A stretch of DNA of 64,000 bases from Octopus vulgaris (taxonomy: Eukaryota). Positions 13,195 through 28,189 of this stretch are shown in pieces. The stretch's first letter is position 1. Each line of letters begins with the position of its first letter. The stretch covers positions 46,996,001-47,060,000 of the forward strand of contig OX597820.1 of the NCBI GenBank assembly GCA_951406725.2. The letters are read 5' to 3'. Below the pieces are notes generated by a model, which saw nothing but the letters and a program-made list of their open reading frames with translations, ran no database searches and was not told the DNA's origin. Position numbers and translations under genes: made by a program.

Positions 13195-13550
13195 AGTACA
13201 CACGCATACGCTAAGTGTGCAGTTGTTAAAACATGCTGAAGTTTTCACAGACATGTAGGTAGTGTGTGTACGTATTAATATGAGTGTATGTGGGTGTTTG
13301 TGTGTGTGTGTGTGTGTGTGCGTGCGTGCGCGCTCGCACATACATACATACGTTCATAATACACAAATACATACATACATACATACATACATACATACAT
13401 ACATAGATACATACATACATATATACATACATACATACATACGTACGTACATACATACATACATACATACATACATACATACATACATACATACATACAT
13501 ACATACATACATACATACATACATACATACATACATACATACATACGTAC
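12130..13550. repeat. Several (TATG)n/(CATA)n and (CA)n tracts
   Basis: Direct reading (about 12150-12225, 12757-12890, 12975-13030, 13365-13545). Confidence 0.95.
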
Positions 13551-14585
13551 CCACATAAGTGTATCATCACCAATCCCAACATTCATTTTCTGTCTGCCGT
13601 GGGATGTTTTTTGTCTTAGTTTCCAAGTAATAACATTGTCTAAACATTCATTCAAATGTGATGACTGTACACACACACACACACACACGCACTCACGCAC
13701 GCATTTAAATACACGCTATATATATATATATATATATATATGTTTGTATGTATGCGTGTATGTGTGCATTAATCATCTGGTTATTTACGTTATATCTATT
13801 TTGTTTTTTTTAAATACTTATTTCTTTCACCAGTTTGGTACATAACATCTTGAACAAATATTTTATTTACGTCTTTTAGCTGCGTTTAACTTCAATTGTG
13901 TGTTTCAATGCAGTAAAACCAATGTTTTAAGATTACTAACTGTGTCACAAGTTCTGCCTGTTTGAACTTACTACAAAAACGCAAAAAGCAAAAAAAAAAA
14001 AAAAAAAAAAAAACAATAATATATTTAAATAACTAAAGTTTGCTAGACTAGAAACGATATTGCTTTTAAGATATTGTGCTTTGACCAGTTGTTGTAAAAG
14101 TGTGTACCTCGTGTGTACCTTTATGTACCTCGTGTGTACCTTTATGTACCTCTCAGTGAAATTGGTGAAGGTTGTTTCCATGATATTGTAATGTAATTTC
14201 CATTTGAGAAATATTTGATTGGCGCAAAAAAAAAAAAAATTGTTACATTTGATAAATTATCAAATAAAGTTGACAAAATGTATCACTGCGAAACGTCTGT
14301 TTTTAACTCTTTGTTTGTCCTGTGTATCATATGTGACACACCGGACATATTTCTCTGGCGTCAATACAACGTATATGCTATACATATAGGATAGCAGATA
14401 ACAACAGCAAACAATATGTGAAGATATAGTTAAAAGAACAATTACGTCCTAATGTATATTTCCTAAGAGGTGGGACTTTTACTATCTGGAGAGTTGCTGG
14501 CGTTCATAGAACTACTTAATCCGAAATTTTTCTGATTTTATCAGCAAAACCTAATGCATACATATATTATATGTACACAATAGAT

Positions 14586-14962
14586 GTAGGAGTGGCTGTA
14601 TGGTAAGTAGCTTGCTTATGAGCCACATGGTTCCGGGTTCAGTCCCACTACGTGGCACCTTGGGCAAGAGTCTTTGGTAGACGGAAACTGAAAGAAGCCC
14701 GTCGTATATATGTATATATATATATATGTGTGTGTGTGTATGTGTGTGTATATGTTTGTGTGCATATGTTTGTCCCCTCCAACATCGCTTGACAACCGAT
14801 GTTTACATCCCCGTAACTTAGCGGTTCGGCAAAAGAGACCGATAGAATAAGTACTGGGCTTACAAAGAATAAGTCCTGGGGTTGATTTGCTCGACTAAAG
14901 GCGGTGCTCCAGCATGGCCACAGTCACATGACTGAAACAAGTAAGAGAGTAAAAGAGTAAGA
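14586..14962 (+). mobile_element. SINE family A with internal deletion
   Basis: ggagtggctgtatggtaag...ccgggttcagtccc head, caccttgggcaag (CORE-like) segment, aagagagtaaaagagtaa tail. Confidence 0.9.
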
Positions 14963-15092
14963 ATATTAGGTGGAAAGCAAGAAGAATCATTTTCACGCCG
15001 GGCAAAATGCTTAGCAGCAGTCGGTGAATTGTGTAGCCGAAGCTGAGAGGTGTAAATTTGCGCAGCCGTTGATCTTGGCTGGGCTGTAACCG

Positions 15093-15678
15093 CTACTCTA
15101 AACGCTTTGCAACGTTTGTTTTTGAAAGTAGTGATTTTCTGATTGCTGCCCTCCCGTGAAATACAGCTTTGTCCAGCTCCCGGCGAAGAATTTTTCTGAA
15201 AACTGGATTCTTGAGGTGGTCATTAAGCTGTGCAGTAATTTTAGGAGCTGTCCTTTTGTGATCCTTTCTAACAATTTGTGTAAGAGTCTGATGGTCCCTA
15301 TCTGAAAGTTTTGGTTTTCTTCCGTTGTTTTGTTTCGGCCAAGAGATTTTTCTCCACTTTCTCAAAAGCTGTCATTACTTTCGAGACAGTAATTCTTGAT
15401 ACACCAAACAATTCGGCTGCTTTCGTTACGCTAGCGCCTGCCATACGAGCAGCAACAATTTAACCTCTTTGAAAGTTCGATAGATCTGTCATTTTAATGA
15501 ATTTTAATAACATTTTTCTGATGATATCTGAAAAGAAACAGCAATTTTAGCAAAACATATTAAGCAACACTAATAGTAAATAAAAAAACATAAAAATAAA
15601 CAAGCTTTTGGCGGTTTTATAAATACTTCAAAATTATGACGCCATGATGCCAGGTGTTTCCATTATTTTGTCCAACCC

Positions 15679-15681
<3 letters not shown>
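15093..15681 (-). mobile_element. Tc1-like transposon left end with N-terminal transposase relic
   Basis: TIR TA-CAGGGGTTGGACAAAATAATGGAAAC; from about 15492 MTDLSNFQRG*IVAARMAGASVTKAAELFGVSRITVSKV...GRKPKLSDRD...RRELDK (paired-like HTH and GRPR-like motif). Confidence 0.9.
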
Positions 15682-15732
<51 letters not shown>

Positions 15733-15776
15733 GGATTGGACAAAATAATGGAAACACCTGGCATCATGGCGTCATA

Positions 15777-16306
<530 letters not shown>

Positions 16307-17021
16307 ACATATACGCACACACATACACACGCACACACATACACACGCACACACATACACACGCACACATATATACATGCACACATATATAATAACGTAA
16401 GAGAGAGTGAAACTGACAGACAGCCAGATAGGCATATATACCTGTATTGCGCACATATGTAGAAGAAAGGTAATTATCTCTTCCAACGTATGTTTATTTG
16501 TATACATATAAATAGATATACATATACATATGTACATACACACAGATACACACATGCGTAGAATGTTTTGATATATGCGGACTGTCATTAAGTACTCGCA
16601 CGTGTGCATGTATGTATATCTTTATATATCAATTGAATTATTTCTCGATCAAACAAACAACAAAGTGTAACCCATTTATTGGGCAATCTTTTCCTGCTTC
16701 GTTGTCAAGCCGTAACAATTAAAAGTGAGAATACGTGTACGTTTATAACTGTAATTGTGTACGCACGCATGTGCATGCGTGTGTAAAGTGAGCTGCAGTG
16801 AGAAAGAAATACACAAAGGTAGAGTGAAATATGCGTGAAACTTGGATTTTCTACATCTGAGGAATTCCAGCTTTCGTCTAGAACCCGACATCGTCGACAA
16901 CCCAGTATTTGGGTCGAGAGCTGCTTCTCTGGAAATACTCTGATTTCACACCCTACCTGACCTTATATATTTAGATAAATATAAATATATAAGTGGTTGT
17001 ATATATATATATATATATATA

Positions 17022-17452
17022 TGAAATAGAAAGATGAATAATCTTGTTGCAGATTAATCAAAAGTTTAATCGATACCTTGGTAGCAAAAATCACAGCAGA
17101 AGACAGCACGGTTGGAGGTACAACCATATGGTGTTGCAACCGTGCGTTGGTGCGGATAATTGAATTTTAATATTATTAGTGAATTTAAGAAATGGAGTTG
17201 AACGAAGATTGAACAGAAATCGTTTTATTTCATTCTTGGCCATGGGCTCTTAGGAGCCTAGTTCGATTTGTTTTGCTCCGCCTCTGTTCTGTTTTTGTTT
17301 TTTCCAACGGATTTCCTATTTCTTCCTGAAGAGAAAGACACAATATGGTCTCATTATTCAATCGGAATTTGGTAAATTGTGGCTTTCGAAACACGTGTAG
17401 AATGAAATAAAACGATTTCTGTTCAATCTTCGTTCAACTCCATTTCTTAAAT

Positions 17453-17457
<5 letters not shown>
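17022..17457. mobile_element. Penelope-pLTR-like unit with a 59-bp perfect inverted repeat and a canonical hammerhead (F5)
   Basis: Arms 17178-17236 and 17399-17457; hammerhead 17323-17402 TTC-CTGAAGA-GAAAGacacaat..attgtggCTTTC-GAAA-CACGTG-TA-GAA; (TA)n on both sides. Confidence 0.8.
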
Positions 17458-17493
<36 letters not shown>

Positions 17494-17689
17494 CAGGGTG
17501 TCCCAGAAGTCGTGCACCATTCTGGTTTTCATTAAAGCATTTTATTTTATTATATTTTCTCGGCATGTTTTATTGTAGAGGATGCTCAATTTGAGCATTT
17601 ATTACAATTAATTTCAATAAAGTGTTTTTGAAATCAATATGGGTGCATTCTTTTAAAAAACCAGGATGATGCGCAACTTCTGGGACACC

Positions 17690-17692
<3 letters not shown>
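17494..17692. mobile_element. Tc1/mariner-type MITE, about 200 bp
   Basis: TIRs CAGGGTGTCCCAGAAGT...ACTTCTGGGACACCCTG within a TA tract. Confidence 0.9.
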
Positions 17693-17729
<37 letters not shown>

Positions 17730-17789
17730 ATACATACATGTGCCTGTGTGCATGTGCAAGAAGGAGAGGCAGAGAGAGAAGGATATGTA

Positions 17790-17854
<65 letters not shown>

Positions 17855-18107
17855 ATTATATATAAAAAGAAAATAGAAACTACACATGAAAATATAAGGG
17901 GAAAGCAAGAAGAAGAAAAAAGCCAGTGAACAGTAATTTTACGAAACCGGTATGTTTTTGAATCTCTTTAACAATTCACAATGATGACTTTTATTACTTT
18001 TATTCCTACCTCAGTTCATCTAATTGTATATATCTATCGTTACTTTTCATAAAAAGCCTTTACTTTTTTTGATTTCCAATGTACATTTTCGATTTTTTCT
18101 TCTTACG

Positions 18108-18144
<37 letters not shown>

Positions 18145-18354
18145 CAGGTGGGATGTGAAGTTAGGGTATTTCCAGAGAAGCACTCGAACCAAATACTGGG
18201 CTATCAACATTGTCAAGGTTCCAGGCCAAAGCCAGAATTCATCAGTTGTAGAAATTCAAAGTTTTACGCCGATTTAACCCTAAAATTCATTTGGTGAAGA
18301 GTAAATAATCCAAACGAAAAGAAGACAAAGAAATGTCTTCAAAATATTTTTTAA

Positions 18355-18513
18355 TGTTTCTCTACCAACTCTATTTACAGCGTCAGTTTACGCAAAAACG
18401 TGACAGCTTACCTTTGATGCAAATATGATGAAGTGCCTCCGTAATGTCTAAAATCGCAAGCATTACGTAAATTTTGCGTAAGCAGGCGTTGCAAATAGAA
18501 TTGGTACAGAAAC
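18355..18513. repeat. Degenerate inverted-repeat (MITE-like) element
   Basis: tgtttctctaccaactctattt..ttacgcaaaa pairs imperfectly with ttttgcgtaa..aaatagaattggtacagaaaca. Confidence 0.55.
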
Positions 18514-18538
18514 AATCGTAACGAATCATTAAAGATGT

Positions 18539-18815
18539 ATCAGATCATCCCATAAGTTCTGTCCGATTTCACCTTTTTTTAAAACTGAATGAAATTTAAT
18601 AGTATTTTAGAATGTTTAATGGAATAAAAATTATTTTTATGCATTTGTGTACATTTAAACTGATTAAATATTATTTTACAGAATAATAGAATTAAAATTT
18701 CTTTGATTAAAACCTTTTCTTACATGGAAGTATCCAAAGAGCATTTAAGGCACATAATACTTTATGAGTACAAAAAAGGAGACTCTGCAGCCGAAACGAC
18801 TCGAAACATACACTG
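18539..18815 (+). mobile_element. mariner left end with N-terminal HTH fragment
   Basis: TIR-like atcagatcatcccataagttctgtccg; MEVSKEHLRHIILYEYKKGDSAAETTRNIH resembles the first HTH of mariner transposases; truncated by (TA)n. Confidence 0.8.
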
Positions 18816-18830
18816 CATGTATACATATAG

Positions 18831-18887
<57 letters not shown>

Positions 18888-19189
18888 CATGTTTGTGTGT
18901 GTGTGTGTTCGCGTGCGAGCGTGTACATGTGTAGTGGTGTGTATAAATGCAAACTTGATACCAGTTCAAATATGCTTGAGGCCTATTCGAAATAATAAAA
19001 AAGCTATTCATTGTATTTTGTGACGGAGAATATTCCCTGCTGTTGATAGATAGGTGTAGACACACAGTGTCACTTCGCAGCCTTTTCTAACCAAACTGGC
19101 GGTTAGATGCACTTCGTAGTGGTTGCATGTATGTATTCCCAACCATTATAAACTAAAAAAGGATATTAAAAATGAACCCGACCGCTCTC

Positions 19190-19412
19190 AGAAATTAAGT
19201 TAAAAAAAACAAACAGGAAAAACCATCCAGAATCCTTGTCCGGTATCGGATCGATTCCAAAATTTCGTTAGTTCGTACCAGTCACAAGGCCAAACATCGC
19301 TGAAAGTTTCATCCAGGTTCATCAAGCGGTTCTTGAGACATCTTGTCCACGGACAAACAAACAAATACAACTAAAAACAATACCTCCGCCTTAACGAACG
19401 CGGAGGTAATAA
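19190..19412 (+). mobile_element. Helentron-associated (HINE/DINE-like) 3' fragment
   Basis: aaagtttcatc...(acaa)n...aaaacaa followed by the terminal hairpin tacctccgc/gcggaggta. Confidence 0.5.
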
Positions 19413-19962
19413 CATTATTTAGAGAGACAGAGAGAGAAAGAGAGAGAGAGTGTGTGTGTGTGTGCACGCGTTAAACTTGTGAATGTGTTTGCATGTATTA
19501 TTTATTGTATATCACTCTATACGCATCTGTGTATATATATAGAGAAAGGTGCATGTGCACATGAGTATATATGTATACACCAAATATATATATATACTTA
19601 TATAGATGTATACCACATAAACATATACACATTCGCATCAGTATACACTACACACACTCACGCACAGACAGCGCCCCACATATACATACACGCATATACA
19701 TATACACACACGTATTCATACAAACCGCACATACACACACACACCTGTCCAAATTGAGGAAGTGGGACAGGTAAAATCCAGGCTACATATGTTTCCTAAC
19801 TAGCAGATTCCCTAATGTAATAATTACTCCACGAGTGGTACACAGCCAGCCACTCACCAGGTTGAATGTACATTATTATTGTTCATGAACGTTGCTGTTT
19901 TATACCCACCACAGTCTGCTCGAGGCTTACAAACTTCCTACACTTAGATCCTTGACTCTTAC

Positions 19963-20001
<39 letters not shown>

Positions 20002-20144
20002 GAAAAATACAAGTTGGGACAAGAACGTAAAACATTTAGAAGACGATACAAAAAACACGGACGGGACATTCGAAGCCTTCAATCTTCAGTCAAGAACCGG
20101 ATCATCCTTGCAATTTCGGCTGAGATAGATAGCTTGCTTGATAG

Positions 20145-20187
<43 letters not shown>

Positions 20188-20191
20188 ATCA

Positions 20192-20255
<64 letters not shown>

Positions 20256-20624
20256 TACATACATGTCCTATACTCGCGCGCGCACACACATACACTCACG
20301 CACACTGACATATAGTTATATATATCATATAAATATATTTGCATCTATCATATAAATATATTTTCATCTATCATATATATATACATCATATACATATATT
20401 TATTTATATCATATATATATATTTACATTTATCATACATATATTTATATATATCATATATATATATATTAACATATATATATGATATATTATATATTTAT
20501 TTATATATATATCATATACATATACATACATAAATATGTATCATATATCTATATACTTATATAGATAGATATGTATCATATATATATGTCTATACATATA
20601 AATTTGACATGGGCAACTTTTTCT

Positions 20625-20754
<130 letters not shown>

Positions 20755-20914
20755 GATAATAATAAAGGGTAAAATTAATTAATTAATTAATAATTAATAT
20801 TTCCACCAAGTAGTGGATTCGGTATGTAAAAGACCATTATCGGTAAACTCAAACAATGTATCATACATACGTATATATATCATACATATGCTTACATACG
20901 CACACATTGAGTAT

Positions 20915-21018
<104 letters not shown>

Positions 21019-21311
21019 CAGTGAGTATATACATGTGGGTGAGAACCTAAAAAGTACACAAACAAAACTCACATTCCTCGAAATTCTTAAGATAGCTTAA
21101 TCCTGACCACGGCTGCTGTGGGCGTTTGAGTGGACAAGAGTCATATGGAAGGAGAAGTGAGTGAGGAGTTGTAAATTCTCCCATCGCTTACCACCCATCA
21201 TACCCGAAATAGCATTCCACAGGGTGTTTGGAAGCGTTTTTGTATACAATAGTGTGTGTGTGTGCGTGCGTGCGCGCGTGTAAATTATAATATATACGTA
21301 CACACACACAC

Positions 21312-21349
<38 letters not shown>

Positions 21350-21395
21350 ATAGCTATACTTATATATATGCGTATGTACGTATACATAGACTAAG

Positions 21396-21490
<95 letters not shown>

Positions 21491-21491
21491 C

Positions 21492-21535
<44 letters not shown>

Positions 21536-21555
21536 GGATAGATAGATAGATAGAG

Positions 21556-21638
<83 letters not shown>

Positions 21639-22281
21639 GAGAGAGATGATTCTTTATTAGCCACACAGACAGAAAGGCAGAGAGTCAGACTGACAGACAG
21701 TGAGAGAGATAAATAGATCTTAAAACCGTATATACCACACACACACATACTTACCTAACTACAATTATACATTCATGGTTGCATACATACATACATACAT
21801 ACATACATACATACATACATACATACATACATACATACATACATACATACATACATACATACATACATACATACATACATACATACATACATACATACAT
21901 ACATACACACACATAAATATACATTCATATATAAACATCCCTATCAAATTACTGTCCACCATCATTACAAGAATTCCATTCCAAAATACTCTCTCATTAG
22001 CCATTTGAGAGTAAAGAAATGAAGGGTTTCTGTGAATACGAACGATATGAATATCATTCCATGATGATGATGATGATGATGATGATGTAGATGAGGAGGA
22101 GGAGGAGGAGGAGGACGACGACGACGACGACGACGACAACAACGATGCTTATGATAATAATGATAATGTTCATGATCATGATGACGACAACGATGGCATT
22201 GTAGTTATTGGCAATGACGACGACGGCGACGATTTCGACAACAATGATGATGATGATGAAGGTGATGACGATGGTGATGAC

Positions 22282-22334
<53 letters not shown>

Positions 22335-22350
22335 CGATGATGACGATGAC

Positions 22351-22443
<93 letters not shown>
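21396..22443. repeat. (GATA)n, (CATA)n and (GAT)n microsatellites
   Basis: Direct reading. Confidence 0.95.
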
Positions 22444-22444
<1 letters not shown>

Positions 22445-22562
22445 TTCATTGACTTCAATAGCCTTATCATGATTTTTATATTTTCCAACCCATCCAGACT
22501 CACTAGACTCATAGAGATTGATAGCTTAACGGATGGATAGAGAGATATATAAACACGCGCAC

Positions 22563-22775
22563 CTTAGTCATGGACAGCCGAGATAACTCACCCTCAATCC
22601 TATTTGGCAGTAATGGACATCGATGTTTCGTCATTTTTGGACATCGATGTCCATTACTCCCAACTGGGATTGACGGTGAGTTATCTCAGCTGTCCATGAC
22701 TAAGAGTGTATATACTCCACAACGCCATTGCAGCCACCGGAAAGTACACAAAACTTATACTTTAGTATATGTATA
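22563..22775. mobile_element. Foldback repeat element with a stem of about 62 bp
   Basis: Hairpin 22563-22704 followed by a tail shared with the homologous copy at 28190-28425. Confidence 0.65.
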
Positions 22776-23172
22776 ACTCTCTTTTACTCTTTTACTTGTT
22801 TCAGTCATCTGACCGCGGCCATGCGGGAGCACCGCCTTTAATCGAGCAACTCGACCCCGGGACTTATTCTTTTTTAACCCAGTACTTATTCTATCGGTCT
22901 CTGTTGCCGAACCGCTAATTGACGGGGACGTAAACACACCAGCATCGATTGTCAAGCAATGCTAGGGGGACAAACACAGGCACACAAACACACACATATA
23001 CATATACATGACGGGCTTCTTACAGTTTCCGTCTACCAAATTCACTCACAAGGCTTTGGTCAGCCCGAGGCTATAGTTGAAGACACTTGCCGAATATGTC
23101 ACGCAGTGGGACTGCAGCCGGAACCATGTGGTTGGTAAGCAAGCTACTTACCACACAGCCACTCCTACGCCT
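22776..23172 (-). mobile_element. SINE family A, full length
   Basis: ctcttttactcttttacttgtttcagtca through ccacacagccactcct. Confidence 0.9.
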
Positions 23173-23204
23173 ATACCACACAGACGATGATAATGATGAT
23201 GATG

Positions 23205-23286
<82 letters not shown>

Positions 23287-23363
23287 TAATAATAATAAGA
23301 GTGCGCATCGTAATTATTAAGATAAAACTTACTTGGAAATGGATGCGTGGTATTCGATCATAA

Positions 23364-23445
<82 letters not shown>

Positions 23446-24088
23446 GTTCTTCTACCTTTCTGTTTATCTCTCCGACTCTTTCCCTATTCTTCTCCTCTCC
23501 CCTTCACCGTTACCTCTCTCTCTCTCTCTCTCTCACTCTTCCTCCTTGACTCTCTCGTTGCTCACACGTGACGAAAGGTCAACTATCTTTCTTTCTTCCT
23601 CTTCCTTCCTAAAGACAAGACGTGCTTTTATCTGTCTCTTCTCAAAACTCATTTTTCCACCGTTCATTATCTTCACATCATCTTGGCTTAACAGCCCTCA
23701 CCGTTTGTTTTTACTGTTTTGTTCTCACTGTCCTGTTTTTGTTACCACTTTCACCCTCCGCAAACAATCCCAAATTTTATTTCATTTGCTTTGCGGGAAG
23801 GATTGTTTTAACGAAGTCGCGTATTGTCCTTACCTTCGAGACGCGCAGTAGATAAAACAGGGGACAACTGATGAATGAAATGTTCTTTATGTTGCATGTC
23901 TCGTTTTTTTGGGGGTTTGTTTTTTTTCGTTGTTCAAAAAAAGTTCGTTTTTTATGTTTTTTTATGTTTTCGTCTCTCATTGTGTCTACGTTTTTTTTAC
24001 GTCCTGTACCCATATATGCATGTATATATGTACATATATATGTAGGTATGTACATATATGTATGTATACATGCATATATTTATATATG

Positions 24089-24167
<79 letters not shown>

Positions 24168-24564
24168 TATCATATATATATATGCCGAATTCGTGTAAAT
24201 GTGTATAAAATAAATTATCAGTTGAATAAAGTTAAACTATGGTCTGGTTTTCACGTTTATTATTGTATTTAAAGAATATTTTACAATACCGAAGTGTGTT
24301 AAACATTAAAAAAAAATTTTGTAATGTTCATAAAGTTCAATTAAGGCTTTCATACATTCGTAGTAATTATCAGACTTCAGACTTGAGTTCTTGACAACTG
24401 TAGTAAAATTACTGACTTCTTCCTATTTATACCTCTTAGAAAGCTCCAACAAGCTGAATTTTTGGAATACCATTTTGACCAATCCGCATGCAGTTTAAAC
24501 GCCACGGTTTGCCTGGTGTACCGATATTACAGGCACAGATCTCGTCTTTATTTTTACCAATTAG

Positions 24565-25486
24565 CTTGCTGTTTACATATAATGGTTTTATGATTGAGAA
24601 AACTTAGTTGGTTCCGAGCTTTTTTTTATTTAATTTAGTGGGAGACTTCTGTAATTTGTTTATATTCATACGTTAAAGATAAGTTTTAATCCACATCATT
24701 ATCTGGTTGTTATATTATTGTTGTTATTTCCGTTCAGAACAGGTTTGAACATTTTAATAAAACGTTTTTCATCTATCTTCCAGCTTCACTTGTGTCATGT
24801 AGTTTGTGGAAAGGAAAATTTAGAAATATTTTCTGATCACGTTTCTATATGTTCGCTTAGTGGAATTTGGCGAACATTAGTGTTCCGGATTTGTCTGTGG
24901 ACTCGTGAGCGTTCCGATAATGCATTCCCCGTCTCGCCAATATATAGTTCCTTGCAATTAGGGCATTTTGCAGTTCATATCTGCATTTGCGAAAATGTGA
25001 CCATTTTTTCTTCTGATGTATGTATTGACATGTTCCACATGTGGTATCATTACACTTGGATACTGTGAGTGTTTTATCTTGTCTGTTCATGTTGATCTAC
25101 TGCATCAAATGCCCTAATTGCGAGACAGGGAGTGCATTATCGGAACGCTCACGAGTCCACAGACAAATCCGGAACACTAATTCCATTGAGCGAACGTATA
25201 GAAACATGGGATCAGAAAATGTTTCTAATTTTTCCTTTCCACGAACTACATGACACAAGTGGGGTTGGAAGAAAGATAAAAGCAAAACGTTTTATTAAAA
25301 TGTTCAAACCTGTTCTGAACGGAAATAACAACAATAATATAACAACCAGTTAATGATGTGGATTAAAACTTAATCTTTACCATATGAATATAAACAACTT
25401 ACAGAAGACTCCCACAAATTGAAATAAAGACGATTGAAACCAACTAAGTTTGCTCACTCATAAAACCATTACATGTAAATAGCAAT
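24565..25486. mobile_element. Penelope-like (Neptune-type) GIY-YIG relic arranged as an inverted dimer of about 400-bp arms
   Basis: Arms about 24565-24975 and 25097-25486; translations IYCIKCPNC(KELYIG)ETG.ALSERSRVH; the minus-strand centre gives KCNDTTCGTCQYI, a Cys-rich linker like that of Neptune-type PLEs. Confidence 0.8.
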
Positions 25487-25744
25487 CGTGCGTAGTAATC
25501 CTGTGGCTTCAAAAGCGTCCAGTTCCTAATCAGTTCGTTTATCAGCCAATGCATTTTCACATTTTCCATTTAGAAAATATCTGATTCTATTTGTTTATCT
25601 TCATCTTGGTAAGTCCCTTTTCCCTTTTGTTCTGTCTATTTTCTTTAAAAATGATGCTTTTCTCAAGTCAGACATTTACAATCATAGCATATCAAAAACA
25701 CTTCAGTACCAGTTGTACACTCATGTTAAATAAACATTTACTTT

Positions 25745-25938
25745 CTATTTCGTTTTTTACTTGTGTCAGTCATTCAACTGCGGCCATGCTGGAGTACCTC
25801 CTTAAACGGTTTTGTGGTACAAATCTACTCCAGTGCGTATTTTAAAGCTTGGTACGTATTCTATCATCCTCTTTCGCCGAACTTTTACGTTGTGGGAACG
25901 TAAACAAAACAACACCGGTTGTCAAGCGATGGTAAGAT

Positions 25939-25980
<42 letters not shown>

Positions 25981-26135
25981 ACACACACACACAAACACAC
26001 ATATTACAACGAGCTTCCACACAGTTTCCGCAACCAAATTCACTCATAAAGCATTGGTTAGTCTTGGGCTGTAGTAGACGGCCCTTGCCCAAGAAACCAC
26101 GCTATGGAACCGCACCCGGAACCACGTAGTTGCAC
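25745..26135 (-). mobile_element. SINE family A, diverged
   Basis: tcagtcattcaactgcggccatgctgg...cccggaaccacgtagttg. Confidence 0.8.
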
Positions 26136-26466
26136 ACGCTTCCGTTTCATTTACTTTTCAAAATATATTTGTTTATAAGATTTTCGATGACGAAAACAGA
26201 CAAAAAGAAGCAAAACCCCCCAAACTCTGGACACTTTTTTCCCGCAGCTTCATATCTCCAAATTTTCGCCCTGTTATATGTAATTATCCGCATTTATGCA
26301 TTGTAGGTCATAACTGGAAATACCAAACCTCGGATTAGTTTTTATTTTTCTTCCTTTTTTTAAAAAAAAATATTCCACTCCTTCCGCTTTAACTTTGTTT
26401 AGTCATGGCATTTTTAGTCACTGCTATTATATTTCTTTTTTGCGACGATCATACGTGTGACTGTAC

Positions 26467-26549
<83 letters not shown>

Positions 26550-26939
26550 TGAAGCGCTAAGCGTTTTCCTCTCTTTTACTACTTAGATTTTTGCCTTTAC
26601 CGTTGTTCGCGTAGCTAATTTACAATAGATGTGTTCAAGAAGCTTGCAGATATCAATGCATAAAAAATTTACGACGGTTTTTCATTTAGTAAAACAAAAG
26701 TAATAATTATTGACATGCAGAATTATTTAATAAAACATATAAATAAAAATCATTGAAAATATACTGAGAGCTGAAGTGTGACACACACACATACACACAT
26801 ATATATATACATTAGTAAGCATATATACTTATACATAAACATATATATGATATACATATATATATATACACACATATATATATATATATACGCATGTATG
26901 TATATATATATGTATATATGTATGTTATATATGCCTATA

Positions 26940-26970
<31 letters not shown>

Positions 26971-26981
26971 GTATGTATAAT

Positions 26982-27039
<58 letters not shown>

Positions 27040-27043
<4 letters not shown>

Positions 27044-27440
27044 GGGAGAATTCACAAAAAAACCCCAAAAGACGAAGGCAGGTGGTGTAGAAACAAATAG
27101 ATGTATTAGTTTAACGCTCAGGAAGTGAAAAAGTCTTTAACATTCCGAGCCTACGCTCTTCTACAGAAAGGAACACAGAAAGAAACAAAGAGAGAAAAAA
27201 AAATGTGAAGTGGCTAGCGATCTATCATAGCGAATGATGGACAGATGGGTCACACAGGAGAGCTAGGAAAAAGGGGAGATAATAAAGTAGTAATGATCTC
27301 AAATCGAAGGTGCGCGTGCGTGTGTATAACAGAGCATGTATGTGCGTGTGGAAGAGGGCTGGTAAGCTTGACGTGTGCGTGTGTGTATGTGTAGGTGTGT
27401 GGATGTGGGGCTGTGAAGTGGTCAGTGCTAGCGTGTGCGT
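27040..27440 (-). mobile_element. Hammerhead F1 unit, longer copy with degenerate ribozyme
   Basis: Homologous to 2165-2340; the motif at 27135-27170 has GAAACG mutated; 3' end at (TA)n. Confidence 0.65.
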
Positions 27441-27572
27441 GGTGGTGTGATGTATACATATATAATATATGTGTGTATGTATGTTTGTATATGTATATAT
27501 GTATGTGTATGAATATATTTGTATAGATATGTGTATGTATATATATGTGTATATATATGTATATATATGTGT

Positions 27573-27699
<127 letters not shown>

Positions 27700-28189
27700 C
27701 CAAATAAGAAAAGTGAAAGAGATATTTATTCCATTTGATGACAACTTTTTCGTAATCTGTGTCTAGTCTGTGTTTACTTACACCAGGGCGAGAAATCATC
27801 CAACACACATATAAATAAATAAATAAAAAATATATATATAAACATATATACATATATATACATATAAGGTAAATGAACTGTAATTTATTTCATTCTATTT
27901 TATTTTTTATTCATATATTTTTTTACTTCTCATATCTCTCTGTTATTTTTTTTTTAGTACGGTCCAACTATGGTCATTCTGGTATCTGTAAAGGGTACCA
28001 AATACATATTGTCTGCTACTACATAATGAGACAACTTTCTAAATGTAGCAGAGTTCTGGTATTCACCTGCCATGATTCGATTCGATAAGCAATCTGTTTA
28101 TTATATTACAGCACAAATATGTAAATTTTCTCTCAGCTATGCAATTCCCGGGCATGCCAGTACATGCGTTTACAAGCCATGAGCATATA

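Noticed and set aside
24330-24385. Possible hammerhead downstream of the Neptune-like relic (minus strand CTGATAA...GAAAGC)
   Set aside because: The core is mutated and stems I and III do not pair convincingly
27730-27805. Hammerhead-like minus-strand motif TGGATGA...CGAAAAAG
   Set aside because: Too degenerate to call
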